From assembly GCA_015680685.1 (NCBI GenBank), contig MNCI01001743.1:154472-218471 (forward strand): a stretch of 64,000 nucleotides of DNA. The letters are read 5' to 3'. Below, in pieces: positions 12,911 through 24,400 of the stretch. Origin of the DNA: Gnetum montanum. Lineage: Eukaryota > Plantae > Gnetophyta. The stretch's first letter is position 1, and the number at the start of each line of letters is the position of its first letter. A program made the position numbers and the translations under genes. The notes beneath the pieces were generated by a model, which saw only the letters and a list, made by a program, of their open reading frames with translations, ran no database searches and was not told where the DNA came from.

Positions 12911-13399
12911 GTGTTGTGTTCTTTTTGGGTTTTGTTTTTTCTTTATTTGAACTAATGTCAGTGGGTGTGTCCTAGGAATCTCTTGGATCAAGACACCAAT
13001 TTTGAACTAATTAGGGATATCCGAGTTGGAGGGGTTTTTGTCATGGAAAAGGCTGAGGGCTGTGGGGGGTTTTCTTGTTTTGAGGGATATCAGGGGAGCA
13101 ATCTCCCCTCATTTTGTGATTGTACAGAACTCTTATAAATTCCTTTTGTGATTAATTTAATGACCCAAAATTTTTTCAAAAAAAAAAAAACAATCAAAAG
13201 GAACATTATCCCATGGTAAAAATTTCTTATAAATTTTATTCCATATTACATAATCTTCCAAAGCACTAAAATTTAAAGTAGGAACCTAATCACTTGCAAA
13301 ATTAACAAACAAAAAACCCAAAAAAAAAACTTTCATTATTTTTTAGGGTTTTTATATTAAGAGGACCAAAATTTACATACAAATCATATCAACAAAACC

Positions 13400-16300
13400 A
13401 GTCTCTGAAAGGCTACTGTGTGGGTAGTGGAGCATGGGTGAGCAAGTGAGTACAATGGAAGCAGGAGTAATTGGGGCTGGTGCAATGGGGGCAACTGTAA
13501 TGGGAGTAGGTGTGGTCAATGAAGGATGCAAAGGAGGCGACCATTTTGAGGGAACGAAGAGTGGCAATGAGAGTCTAGGCTACAAAGGGGGAGGCAAGGC
13601 AACAAAGCGGACACCATGTATGGCAATGGTGTAGGTTTTGCTAACAAGGGAAGCTATGTAGGGGCAGCCAATTGTGCGATTTTGGGCACAGGTTCAAAGC
13701 AAAGACCAAATGATGGCCAAGGTGGGTAGTCTACAGGGCCGTGGAAGCCTAGTATGGGGAGAGTGGATGAGGTCTATTGCTCAGGAGAGGGATTGAGGCT
13801 CAAGATGCATGCACTTGCCTCGGAGGAAGTCCACACGATGAGATGCAACCTCATTGGGAGGTGCGTCTCAGCGAAAGCCAAGCCAAGGATGAAGGCTATG
13901 AGGCATTGGGCTATTTCGTCTTGGGAAATTTTAGGTTTGGAAATATGCATGCTTATAAGAGATTTGCTCCTTTCCATTTTTCCAAATCTAGATGCCAAGG
14001 ACCGAATCCTGCTAGGAGGGCAGTGGTTTCTTGGAGCCAGAGGACAAGCTCTGTTGCCTTGGCATCTAAGCATCCACCATGCGACAGACTTATTCTTGCA
14101 AGCACCAGTCCTGGTCCAAGTGTCGGGTATGCAATGGGAGTTTTGGACTATAGAATTTTTACATACACTCACCGAGTTCTTTGGGGAGTTCATAATTTTT
14201 GACAAATTCATCATAATGAAGGAAAGAATGGGCTTTGTTTGATTGTGTGTCTAGCGGTCACTCTCCTTAGAGGACCTCCTAAAAGAGGTTACTCTCAACC
14301 TGCCAACTAGGGAGGAAGTCTTGGGGTGGAGTACATGGGATCTAGGAGCTACGGGATATGTGAAAAGGGGAATCATTCTACTAAGGAGTGCTGCTATTGG
14401 AAAAAGGAGCGACTTCAACAACGGCGGAAGGGAGTGGATGGGTACACTGTCATTGGCCCAAAAAAGGGGAGGGTTGCTAAGGGGTTGGTGAAGCTGAAAA
14501 TCCCTCAGGGTGTTTCATCCCCCCTTGCCCCTCAAGGCCCTCCTCCATCACCCATCCCCTCCCCCATCCTCCCCACTTCAATCATCACCTAGACCCTCCC
14601 TCACCCCTAAACTATGGGGGTCAACTAACAGAAAGGGGGCACTCAGGAACTGGTTCTCCCCTTTGGGAGACTTGGCAAAAACTAAGGAAACACCCCTAGC
14701 TATCGCAATAGACTCATCATTTCAAGTCCCACCCTTCGATGACTGGATATGGGCAAAATGGGATTCCTCCAAACCACTAATGGAGCCCGTCCATTAGGCA
14801 TTACAAGCAAAGGAGGTCTTAGGATTTGATGTAGTATCTAAGCCAAGGAAGATGAGCCAACCCATAGGCCTTGAATTGAGTTTGAAGAAAACAAAGAAGG
14901 AAATTGATTTGGGAACCCAGACCACCCTAAAAGGAGTGTACCAGAAAAGGTCTACCAGTACACCATGAATATCATTTCATGGAATTGCAAAGGATAGGGT
15001 AACCCCTATAAACGCTATACCCTGAAAGAGTTAACGAGAATCGGGAAGGTTGATGTAGTGTGCCTGCAAGAGACCAAGTTAACTAGGGCACAAAGGCAGG
15101 CTATGGAAAGGCCATGATGGAAGAAGATTTTTGTGGATTCAAGAGGGAAGGTAGGAGGACTCACCACTATTGCTCGGGTCCCTATACAACTATTGGACTC
15201 CTCGAGATGGAGTATTATCACCTTCATGCCAACACAGGGCTTATGGTTAATGAATTTCTATGGGCTGCAAACCCTAGAGGCCCATCTGGGTGAGCTTTAT
15301 CATATTGCTGAGAAAATTCCAAATCGAACAACTTGGCTTTTCATTGGTGATTTTAATTAGAGCTATTCCCTTAGAAGAAGACGGGGAGATTCAACCCCGT
15401 TGCTAGGAAGCTAGGAATCCATAAGGAATCTGCAAACCTTCGAGCTTGTAGATGTGGGGGTCTCCAAGAATAGGAGAGTTTTCTCCAAGGGTCTGTTCCA
15501 AAAATAGGGACGGACAAGTGCCAAAGTCCACTCTCCTGCCCCTCTAGCAAGAGGCAGCGGAGGTCGTTGAAGGTTTCTTTGTGCAATCAAGAAACATACG
15601 GAAACTCCAAGGGATCCATTTTTCTTTCCTCTTATGCATGCAACTCAGTCGCCTATCAAATCTCCCAAAGTTTTGCCTGGCACCACTCCAAAGAAGCAAA
15701 AGAGGATGACATTCAAGCCTAATTTTGGCCCTCTAGAATGCAGCGCAGCCACAAGAACCTATCCTAGCCAAATCCCTCCAGATTAGGATGATGTATGTGT
15801 GCCACCATCTCTCCCTCAAGGGTGAGTCCTCCACCTTAGTCAAGCTATTTTCAAAGGTGCAACCAAAGGAGGGGTGCCAATAGTGGATGATAGGAACCTT
15901 AACTAGCAAGGATCTTCTGCATATCAACCGCTGCTCCATGACCATATCAAATTAGCAGAGGAGCAAGTCCAACAGGAGCTCCAAAGCCAATTTAAGATAG
16001 ACCTGCTTTGGGCCATCAAGGAGGTGAGGGCCCATGAACAAGCACACTGGGAGGAAGAGTTAAGCAACTGGGGGAAGGCAACCAAAATCAGATTCCAAAA
16101 GGCAAAACAATAAATGCAAGAAGCCACCATGGAGGAACAAAGCCAAAGGGAGTTGCAGGAGGCCACCAGCAGGAGTGTTCTGGAATAAGTGCTCACGATG
16201 CAACTCCAGGAGGATTTATGCCGCGAGGAATAGAAGCAGTTACAACAGGAAGAGGAGGAAGGAGCATAGTGCACCAAGGCCCTCCTTGAGGAAGAATAGC

Positions 16301-16585
16301 TTCAGCAAAGCATATGGCTACATATGAAACCAACGCACAGCATTGGTTTAGCAAGGGTCATTGTCCCTATGAAGTTATGGGGGTTAACCACAATGTCTCA
16401 TGGGCCAGTTTGAAAAGGCACATCTGGAAGGCTTCAATGAAGTTCCACCCTGACAAGGCCTCCATTGTGGAGGCCCAACAGAACCGCGAGGCCATGTATA
16501 AGGAATTCCAAGAAGCAACAAATTTCGTTGCTACATAGCAGTTTCAAGCAATTCTAGATGCAATCCATAGCTAGGAAAGAGTAAT
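13400..16585 (+). mobile_element. Internally deleted LINE (copy 4): ORF1 plus partial endonuclease fused to accessory domain, coiled coil and J-domain; 3' end lost
   Basis: DUF4283-like ORF 13754-14242; knuckle (GICEKGNHSTKEC); ORF2 ATG 14965 (MNIISWNCKG), CLQET, GDFN; jump at ~15455 into GLQE..FFVQSRNIRKLQGIHF; J-domain 16314-16538. The 5' boundary is approximate. Confidence 0.85.
16314..16538 (+). pseudogene. Best-preserved DnaJ J-domain of the LINE (copy 4)
   Basis: HCPYEVMGVNHNVSWASLKRHIWKASMKFHPDKASIVEAQQNREAMYKEFQEATNFV fits the J consensus PYEVLGV...LKKAYRKLALKFHPDK...FKEIQEAYEVL; HPD at 16446-16454. Confidence 0.88.
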
Positions 16586-19500
16586 CTTGTAGAAGAATAT
16601 CTAGTCCTAGATGAAGCATCCTTTGATGAATCTCGTTTGTTGTGCACCCACCAATTTTCGCATAAGTGGTGCCAATCTTTGGACAAGAATCTTCGTGAAA
16701 AGTCTCAGCAGTGTATTACACATCCCAATTGGTTGAAATTGGGAGGGACTCATGGGGTTTGAGACCTTAGGGATGAGCACAATGTGGGAGTCGTGCCTCA
16801 CCTGCTAACATTGAAAAATCAAATTAAAAGCATCAAGGATATTGCTACCCAAGATGTCTACAAACTCCTTAAAAATTTCAATCAACCAACCATCAAGACC
16901 CAAGGTGTTTTTCATTTTTTTCAAGATGCCATGGCCAATTGCAGTTCACCCATAGTGAAAGGGACGATCAGGTTATTATTTTCCTCTATTCCCACCACTG
17001 ACTAGATTGGAGCTGAGACAGGCAAGGTTCTCTTGTAGCTCCAAATATCAACCCAGTATTCTTGCATAATTTCAGTAATATCAGCAAGACTAGTGAAGCT
17101 TTCTCCCTTGTTTATGAGATGATGAATCCTTTTGGACCCATAGTTGGCTTTCACCTTGACAAAGAAGAACCTGGTATTCTGATCATCATCCTTCAACCAC
17201 TGGACCCTAGACCTCTACCACCAATAAATTTCCTCCTCAGCAAAGATCTCCTAAATCTCCTTCAGCACCTCTTGCTCTTCTTTAAGTAGCAGGTCCCCTT
17301 GTTCCTACTTGGCCTGTATAGCAAAGAGCTTCATTCTCAAAGTTGGGTTGATTGCTTTGAAGGAATATGTTTCTATCGTCTTCTTGGACTTAATCACTCT
17401 CTTCAGCCTGAGCAGCCCTTGCTTCAAGAAATCACGAAGATCCATTTGATTTGGATAACTAGCCCAAATGTCTTCAACCAGTGGCCTCAACTAGGGTTTA
17501 GAAAACCATGACCGCTCAAACCTGAAAGGAAAAGACCCATGAGGATAAGGTGTGTCCACCTAACACACCAGTGACCTGTGATCAAAGGTCTACCTTTCCT
17601 AACCTAAGGCAACAATGTCATGGTTCAGGAAGAACTTGGAGCTAACCCAAATCCTATCAATACAAGTCATAATCCACTCTCTCCCCTAGCATTGGTTGCA
17701 TCAAATGAAGTTGCAACCTTTAAGCTCCATGTCAACCAAATCATGATCCTACAAGAATTGCAACAAGAATCGACAACCGAGAGGATCATCAGCATCACCC
17801 CCAGACTTCTCCCAACTATGAAGGCATTTGTTGAAATCCCCAATAATGATCCACTATTGTTTGTTATGGATCAATGAGGCAATGTGTCTAAGTTCCTAAA
17901 GTCGGGCTTCCCATCTTTGCGGTCTATAGAAGTTTGTGAGCCATATCCTAAGGGAGACCAAGAAAATCATCACACTCCAAGTGAAGGAGTCAACTAAGGT
18001 CAATGGCAACCTAGAGAGCATAACCAAGCCTCCCACCTTGCCTCTGCAGGCAACAAAATGGAGTTCCCATCCTGACCACTGCAACCAGAGGGATTCCTAG
18101 AGTTGCATTTTGGTTTCCTACAAATAGATGACATTACATTCTTCTATATGCATGATATCTTTCAGGGTATTGCATTTGTAGGGTGTACCCTAGCCCTGCA
18201 ATTACATGAGAGGATTCTCATGGTTTACTTGTGGACCTTTTCTAGTAGACCTCCCTCCAGGTGGTCTGAGAACCCAAGTCAACCTCAAGCTACGATTTTT
18301 TGGAACAAGCCACCAACCCTAGTGGATGCCCAGCCTTGTTTGGGTCGAAGGCCATAGCGAAACTACCTTCTTGAGCAACTCCCAAGATGTCCGTCATCTT
18401 CAACAAGACAAAGACCCATATTGTTGAAATCCAATCCATCAGGGAAGACCTCCCCCTTGCCCCTATGGGGTGCAACTAATGGGTGTGTCCCCCTCGAGGC
18501 TTGTGCAAGGGGCCAAGGTAAACATCCTTCTAGGTGAGACGGTAGGAGGCTACATTTCCGTAGTAGGACTAGACCGAGTCCGACCATGTCGTCCCACCAA
18601 AGTCCACCCCTCATCAGTTTCAGTCTTCAATGTAGGGTTCTTGGGCTTGATCCTGCAATCTTTAGTTGTGTGGTTGTTTTTGCCATAGACGACATAGGGG
18701 AATTCTGAGGGGATATGTGTTGCAGCTAATCGATCAACTGGGACATTCTCATATTCCATTGTCACTATTTCCTCTCCAAACAGAAAATCCAACATTATCT
18801 CCTTCACTGGATCCTTCGAAGACAAAGACCTCCAAACACAAAAACGTGTGTCTCCCATATGCGCCTTGGTCTCTATAAATTTGTCAAAGCTGATAAATTC
18901 CCCAAAAAAAACCCCATTGTTCATTGTTTGAAGCTCCTAAGACACATCCAAGGCCCTAATCCAAACAAGAACCATAGAAAATAGATTTGGGTCTCTATGG
19001 ACCCTTGGCCACCAATGTGTAAAGGCAAAGCCCTTTGGCTCTGAAGAACCACAAACCACCAAACAAAACCTTATCCCTGGAGATTGAAAAACAAAGAGAA
19101 GCATATCGTCCACCAGGCTACAAATCTCAACTCCATTAACACCCTAGTTTCTATAAGAGCCTTGAATTAAGTTGGGCTAGTTTGTTGCTCAGCATGCACA
19201 ATATGCATGTCAACAAGCACCTCAACATTAGCATGCCTCACAATATGCCCTTTAATCTTAGCTCCATCTATATGCTACATAGAGGTAGAGGGTCCATCAC
19301 ACTATCTAGGCCACCAAATATTCATTTTGATATTTTCATCATCCCTTGGATTATCCACAGCTGGATTCCATACCAATATTGAAGCACAATGCTAGGTGAT
19401 GCTTGTCTTTGCTAAGCATTGGTGTAGCCCATGCAGCTTTGAAACATTCTTGAACTAGGTGAAGAAACACTATACCAACTCAACAGGCCGCTGCCAATCT

Positions 19501-19667
19501 TGTCAAGGCCTCAATCAGCATCTGTCCATTAGCACTCTTCATCATTTTTATAAGCACAAAATCAATAGTTAGAACTTCCAGTCCCTTATCTAACTTGGCT
19601 TCCTTTTGTGCTCTTTTCTCTTGAATAGTTACCCTGGCCTCTTTGGAACCAGGTTTTCCTCCTATCA
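16586..19667 (-). mobile_element. 3'-truncated LINE (copy 5): ORF1, endonuclease, start of RT
   Basis: ORF1 (FFGEFISFDKF..RFCVWRSL, YVVYGKNNHTTKDC); ORF2 ATG 18221; RT N-terminus IVLIPK..FQPIGMCNTLLRLFTKILVQRL..QQTRFIKG ends ~16586. The 5' boundary is approximate. Confidence 0.85.
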
Positions 19668-19681
19668 ATATATATATATGT

Positions 19682-19738
19682 GAAATGCAGAAAACAATTC
19701 ATATAGCTGACCCCATGTAGTTGGGATAAGGTTAGGGT
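19682..19738 (+). mobile_element. Tiny 3'-end remnant of an RTE-clade LINE / Au-like SINE
   Basis: ATTCATATAGCTGACCCCATGTAGTTGGGATAAGG resembles the plant RTE/Au 3' terminus as recalled (ATTCATGTAGCCGACCCC..GGGATAAGGC). Confidence 0.6.
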
Positions 19739-19919
19739 GGTTATTTCACCTTTTTGCATTGCATTTAAGTTGGATACATATGTAATGGAGCTTGATCTCT
19801 AAGATCCTTGCAAGTTTGTGGTTCAAAATAAAATTTCTGTCAAGGGGAAATAAAACTACTATCTGGCAACAAGAAAGTTATGATCGTAGTTCATCATACT
19901 CTAAAAGATGAATGTATAC

Positions 19920-19959
19920 CTTTCCTTCTTTGTATCTTGACATATCAGCAAGGCAATAT
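19920..19959 (-). CDS. FRA10AC1: FRA10AC1 coding exon 5 (YCLADMSRYKEGK)
   Basis: CAG acceptor and GTATAC donor; continues FKE-YCxADMS in phase. Confidence 0.93.
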
Positions 19960-20699
19960 CTGAATATTGTCAAGGATCATACATAGCAGTGAAATTAATC
20001 ATAGCTTTTGAAAGCTAAAACTGTAGTTAATAAGTTGGAAACAAAATGTAAATTGTCATTGCAAAAAAATAAATGATAAAATAACTGTACATATCTACAT
20101 GATTTTAGATGAAAATTAATAAATGCCTTCGATAAGACAAGAATTCACCAAAGTTCCACATGTCCGATTTAAAAAATGCTGAACTCCAAATATGCTATGA
20201 ACAACATACTTATTAATAACATTCACTAATCGCACCAGCAATAATAAAACAAGGCAATATTATAAACGGGGTTTTAACTTGTTGATAACAATTGTGGGTT
20301 GCATCATTTAGATCACAGGTTCAATCGCAGTAATTTATGCTGAGCTACAGTAGGACTGGATAATCTTTAAATCTAACCAATATCTACCATGGGCCACCTT
20401 ACTGAAATAGTCAACAAGATCCAACAATGGCTGGTTCCCAGTTTGTTTGATTTTTAATTTTGCTTTATTTCAAGTACAAAGAGCCCACCATGTATTTCCT
20501 CATACCCCATTGGTTCAGTTTTCTACTTTTCCTCTAATCCATACGATCAGCATTACCTTATAGATTTTTCCGCAATGACAATAGTTGAATATATGTTCCA
20601 CGTATCATTACCTTGCTGCTTTGGGAACAGAAAATTAAAATAGAACATTGTTTTTGAGAAAAAGCCAACAATTTCAGAAAAGTAAAATATGATTAATTA

Positions 20700-21400
20700 T
20701 ATATGATAGTTTGAGTTTAGACAGCCACTATGGTTTGTTGTAGAGCAGATTTCCTTATTTGTTAGCTTAATAAGATTTTTTTTTACACGTAAAAATATGT
20801 TTGCTTCATCATCATCTTAGCATTATACCAATTACATATGTATGTTCAACTTACGAGTTTGCTTATACAAGTCAGAGTCGTGTACACAACTGTTTGAACA
20901 GCATGTGCATTGAACTATTTGATTTGATTTCATTTATCACGGTATCAACCAACATATAGAAGCTATTGTACACTGTACCATCCATAACAAACGATCAAGA
21001 AGTTTTGTATAAATATGTTATTACTCTTAACACTTAATTTTAGTTTGGCTTTAGACAGCCCAACTAAATAACATTGTTCTCGAGCATTTGTTACCATGAA
21101 AACATTTTTTTTAACAGATAAAATGAAGTTTCTTTCTTCATCATTTTAGTCTTATCACAACTTATGAACAACACTACATGTTCACTTATACCATTCAGTC
21201 ATATAAACAAGTATTTAAACAACTTTTGCATTGAACTTTTTAATTTCATTCCATTTATCATGGTATCAACCAGGATATAGAAAGATATTGTACGTATGAG
21301 GTTTTGTGCTACTATATTATTTCACAACACTTAATTTTAGTTTGACTTCAGAAGTCCAACTAAATAACAATGTTCATAATCATTTGTTACTGTAAAATTA
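20700..21400. repeat. Old intronic tandem duplication, ~2.3 units of ~300-330 bp
   Basis: Recurring TAGTTTG..TAGACAGCC..ACTA at ~20710, 21040, 21340 and GCATTGAACT..CATTTATCA.GGTATCAACC at ~20907, 21228. Confidence 0.65.
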
Positions 21401-21462
21401 GTCATGTAGCCTTGAATAATTATGACATACAATTATTTTTTTAAAAAAGTGTTTTTATATTT

Positions 21463-24400
21463 TCTACATCACTTAATTTCCCATTTTCTCTTGATTTTGT
21501 TGATTTTTTTATGATCAAGATATTACCAATTCTCAATGCAATAAAATTTTACCAACTACGTTTCCACCAAAAAATTGCAGTCTTTCAACCTGATCAACAT
21601 AGACGTATGATACCCTTAATTAGCCAAAATCATTTGGATTTCCGATGCTTATTGCTAAGGATCATATTTACATTAAAATGATTCACGAGTCCAAGTCTCC
21701 CTAATGCCACTTGGAATCATGCTAAAAACCCTGTATATTCATTTTGTGTCAGGCAGTACAGCCAAACTGCATAGTATCACCAAGTTTTACATGTGCACAC
21801 ATGTGTGCGTGTATTATGGTCCCAGCCATTATTTTTGGCTAACTATGCACAAAGGACCATCACTCCAGCTGTTTGTTTCTCAAGTTGACCTAGGTTCAAG
21901 CTTAGGTGTAACCACTTAAAAGCGCTTAGGCTTTTGTTCATCAATGACCCTCCCAGGACTCCACTTTGGCAAGATGAGCATTGAACCTCTAGGTGATGAT
22001 CCTTTGTGCACCTATGGTTGTATGATGGAAGCAGTACCATCAAGCCATAGGTTGGTTATCTCCAGCAAATAATCAACGAGTACCACGACCAGAATGTTTC
22101 TGTTTACTCCCGTGCTGTATTAATAAATACTGAGCAAGTGCAAAGTTTGTTGGTATACTGTTAATATTTGGTAGTTTACGCAAACTAGTTCCCAAATTGC
22201 CCTTTTATCTTGAAAAAGTCCAAAATATCTGTGCACTGAATGAATTCATGAATTATCCCGCAAAGTTCAGACCCTGAAATCTCATTTCCTGGTGGACCAA
22301 AATGTCAGAAATGAGAGTCTCATTAAAATAGTTAGTAGTCATCCTATGTNGGGCTCTGATTTCGTCGGCGAGCCTGGCCTTGGCCGCCTCCGTCATGAGG
22401 TCGTGATGTCTAGCCCGCTCTTGTTCCCTGGCCTGGAACTGGGCCTCCAGTTCGTTGCGGGCCTGGGCCAGGGCCTCCGCCCATTTTGCCTCCCACTCCC
22501 TCCGTTCCGCCGCCCGGGCCTCCGCCACCAGCTTTTGCCGTTGCTCTTCATTCCAGGAGGAGGTCGTGGGCGGAGGAGAGGGCGCAGGGGGGGCCGAGGT
22601 CGTCCCGGCCGGCCACTCGGGAGGGCGCCGCGCCCGCGGGGCCCGACGACCCCACCCGAAATGAACACCACCGGGACAGGCACCCCCCCCCCCCCCCGAC
22701 GACCCGGGGGAGCAGCTCCCCCGAGGGGGGGCAGGGTGGGGGGGCTGCTACCTCCCCTCCGCCCCCCGCCACAGAGCCAAAATCACCCCCGAGTGCTTAC
22801 CCCGGCGTTTGAGGCGGAGGGCCTCCTTAAAATAGAGGGGGAGGTTGACCTGGCCACCGGTCTTCAGGCAGCGGAGGAAGGTGAAATGCAGGCCCTGCAG
22901 CTTGGACCCGTTGCCAGACTGGACGAAGTACCGTTCCACCAGGTCCGCCCCCCGGGCCCAGAGGCGAGGGAGAGCAGATCTGGGCACCTGTCGACTGATG
23001 GTCCTTGGGATGGTCCCACGGAAGAACATCCCCGCATCCGTGAGGCCGTGGGTAGACGGGAGGATGGTTTCCCCGGCGATGGGGGTCCCCGGACAGCTGG
23101 CGATAGCTGCCTCCGTGACCCAGATTTCCCGCCCCCTGAAGAAGGTGCGGTCGTTGACCCAGTTGGAGAAGAAGGCGTCATCAGCCAGATCTGGGTCCCC
23201 CACAAGTCGCTGCAGAGGAACATCCCATCCGCATTGACTCACCAGCTGCCAGAGCTCCTCGAATTCCTGAAACCTGGCACAGTCCGGTTCGTACGTGGGC
23301 GTTTTTCCCATGGCGTCCTCGATTTCTTTCCACGCGCAGGACGCCTGCCAAACCAGCCGCTGCGGGGGAGGGCGCCGTTGCTGCCGAAAGACGAGATTGT
23401 TGCGGGCCTTCCAAACCGTCCATAGAAGTAGGGCGGCCCACGAATCCCCAGTTGCATGCCTCGGGGGGGGCACAGCGGCCGCGCACCACACGTCGCGCGT
23501 GCGGGGACAGTCGCGCACGAAGTGTGCAACAGTCTCCCCCGCCCCCCCGCATGTCGGACAAGTGTCCGCCTCGAGAAGCCCCCGCCGCCTCAATAAATTC
23601 CTGACAGGTAACGCGTCATGGTGCATCAGCCAGAGGAAGAATTTAATTTTTTCTGGCAGTCTTCCTTTCCAGACCTGCCGCCACGTGCCGCTGCGGGGGT
23701 ATTTTGCCGTCATGATGGCGCGTGGCTCAAGATGCGCCCAGCCCGAGGTCTGCATGGCGCATGCGTGCCGGGCCACCACCTGCCAGGACTTGGAGTCCCG
23801 CGTCGTCACATCCCAACGGATGTATTTGTTATTAATGACGTCGATCCAGGGGGCCGGGTCCCGAGGTGGCTGCGTAAGTCGGAGGACGAGCCTTTGCCGC
23901 CCCAGCATTAACTCATCCTCGAAAGTCGTGACACCCAGCCCGCCAGCGTCCCGCGGGCGCGCCACCTGCTCCCAACGGACCAAGTGCAGCTTGCTCCCCC
24001 CTCTGCCCCCCCCCCCACACGAAGTGCCGAACCAGGGCGTTAACGGCATTGATGACGTTTCCAGGGGGGGCGGCCACCGCCGCGACGAAACGCACGGTGG
24101 CCACGAGGATCCCGGTGGCCACCAGAAGACATCCCTTGCGGGTCAGGAACCTATTTGCCCAGTGGCTGGCCCGTCGTTCCATCTTCTCCAGAAGGGGGCC
24201 CCACGTTGCGGATTGCCCCCATCGAAAAAGGGGGATGCCAAGGTATATGTCGGTGGGAGACCCTGGCCTAATGTCCAAAGTTTGGGTCACCCTCGTTTGG
24301 ACCGGCTCGTCCACGTTCACGAAATAGACAGCGGACTTTGCCCTGTTGACCGCCAACCCCAGCTCCGCAGCCAACCGATCCAGCGCCAAATTAATGCATC

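Larger units (their letters stand above)
6949..13191 (+). mobile_element. Full-length (~6.24 kb) degenerate L1-clade LINE (copy 3) with J-domain-bearing ORF2
   Basis: 15-bp TSD AATCAAAAGGAACAT at 6934-6948 and 13192-13206; poly(A) 13178-13190. ORF1: DUF4283-like (GEPWFFGAKGLAL..VWIRV..IPWELW) and decayed CCHC knuckle. ORF2 from ATG 8379: SWNC, CLQET, GDFN, IDRV, RT YADD 10370, zf-RVT ~11120-11310, accessory domain ~11490-12025, J-domain ~12650-12815. Confidence 0.95.

Noticed and set aside
16314-16538. Stand-alone host DnaJ gene
   Set aside because: Embedded at the homologous position in four LINE copies, intronless, and upstream of the LINE 3'UTR and poly(A) in the tailed copies.
22253-22528. 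91-aa ORF as a real protein
   Set aside because: Chimeric: LINE coiled coil read through the N into intron sequence.
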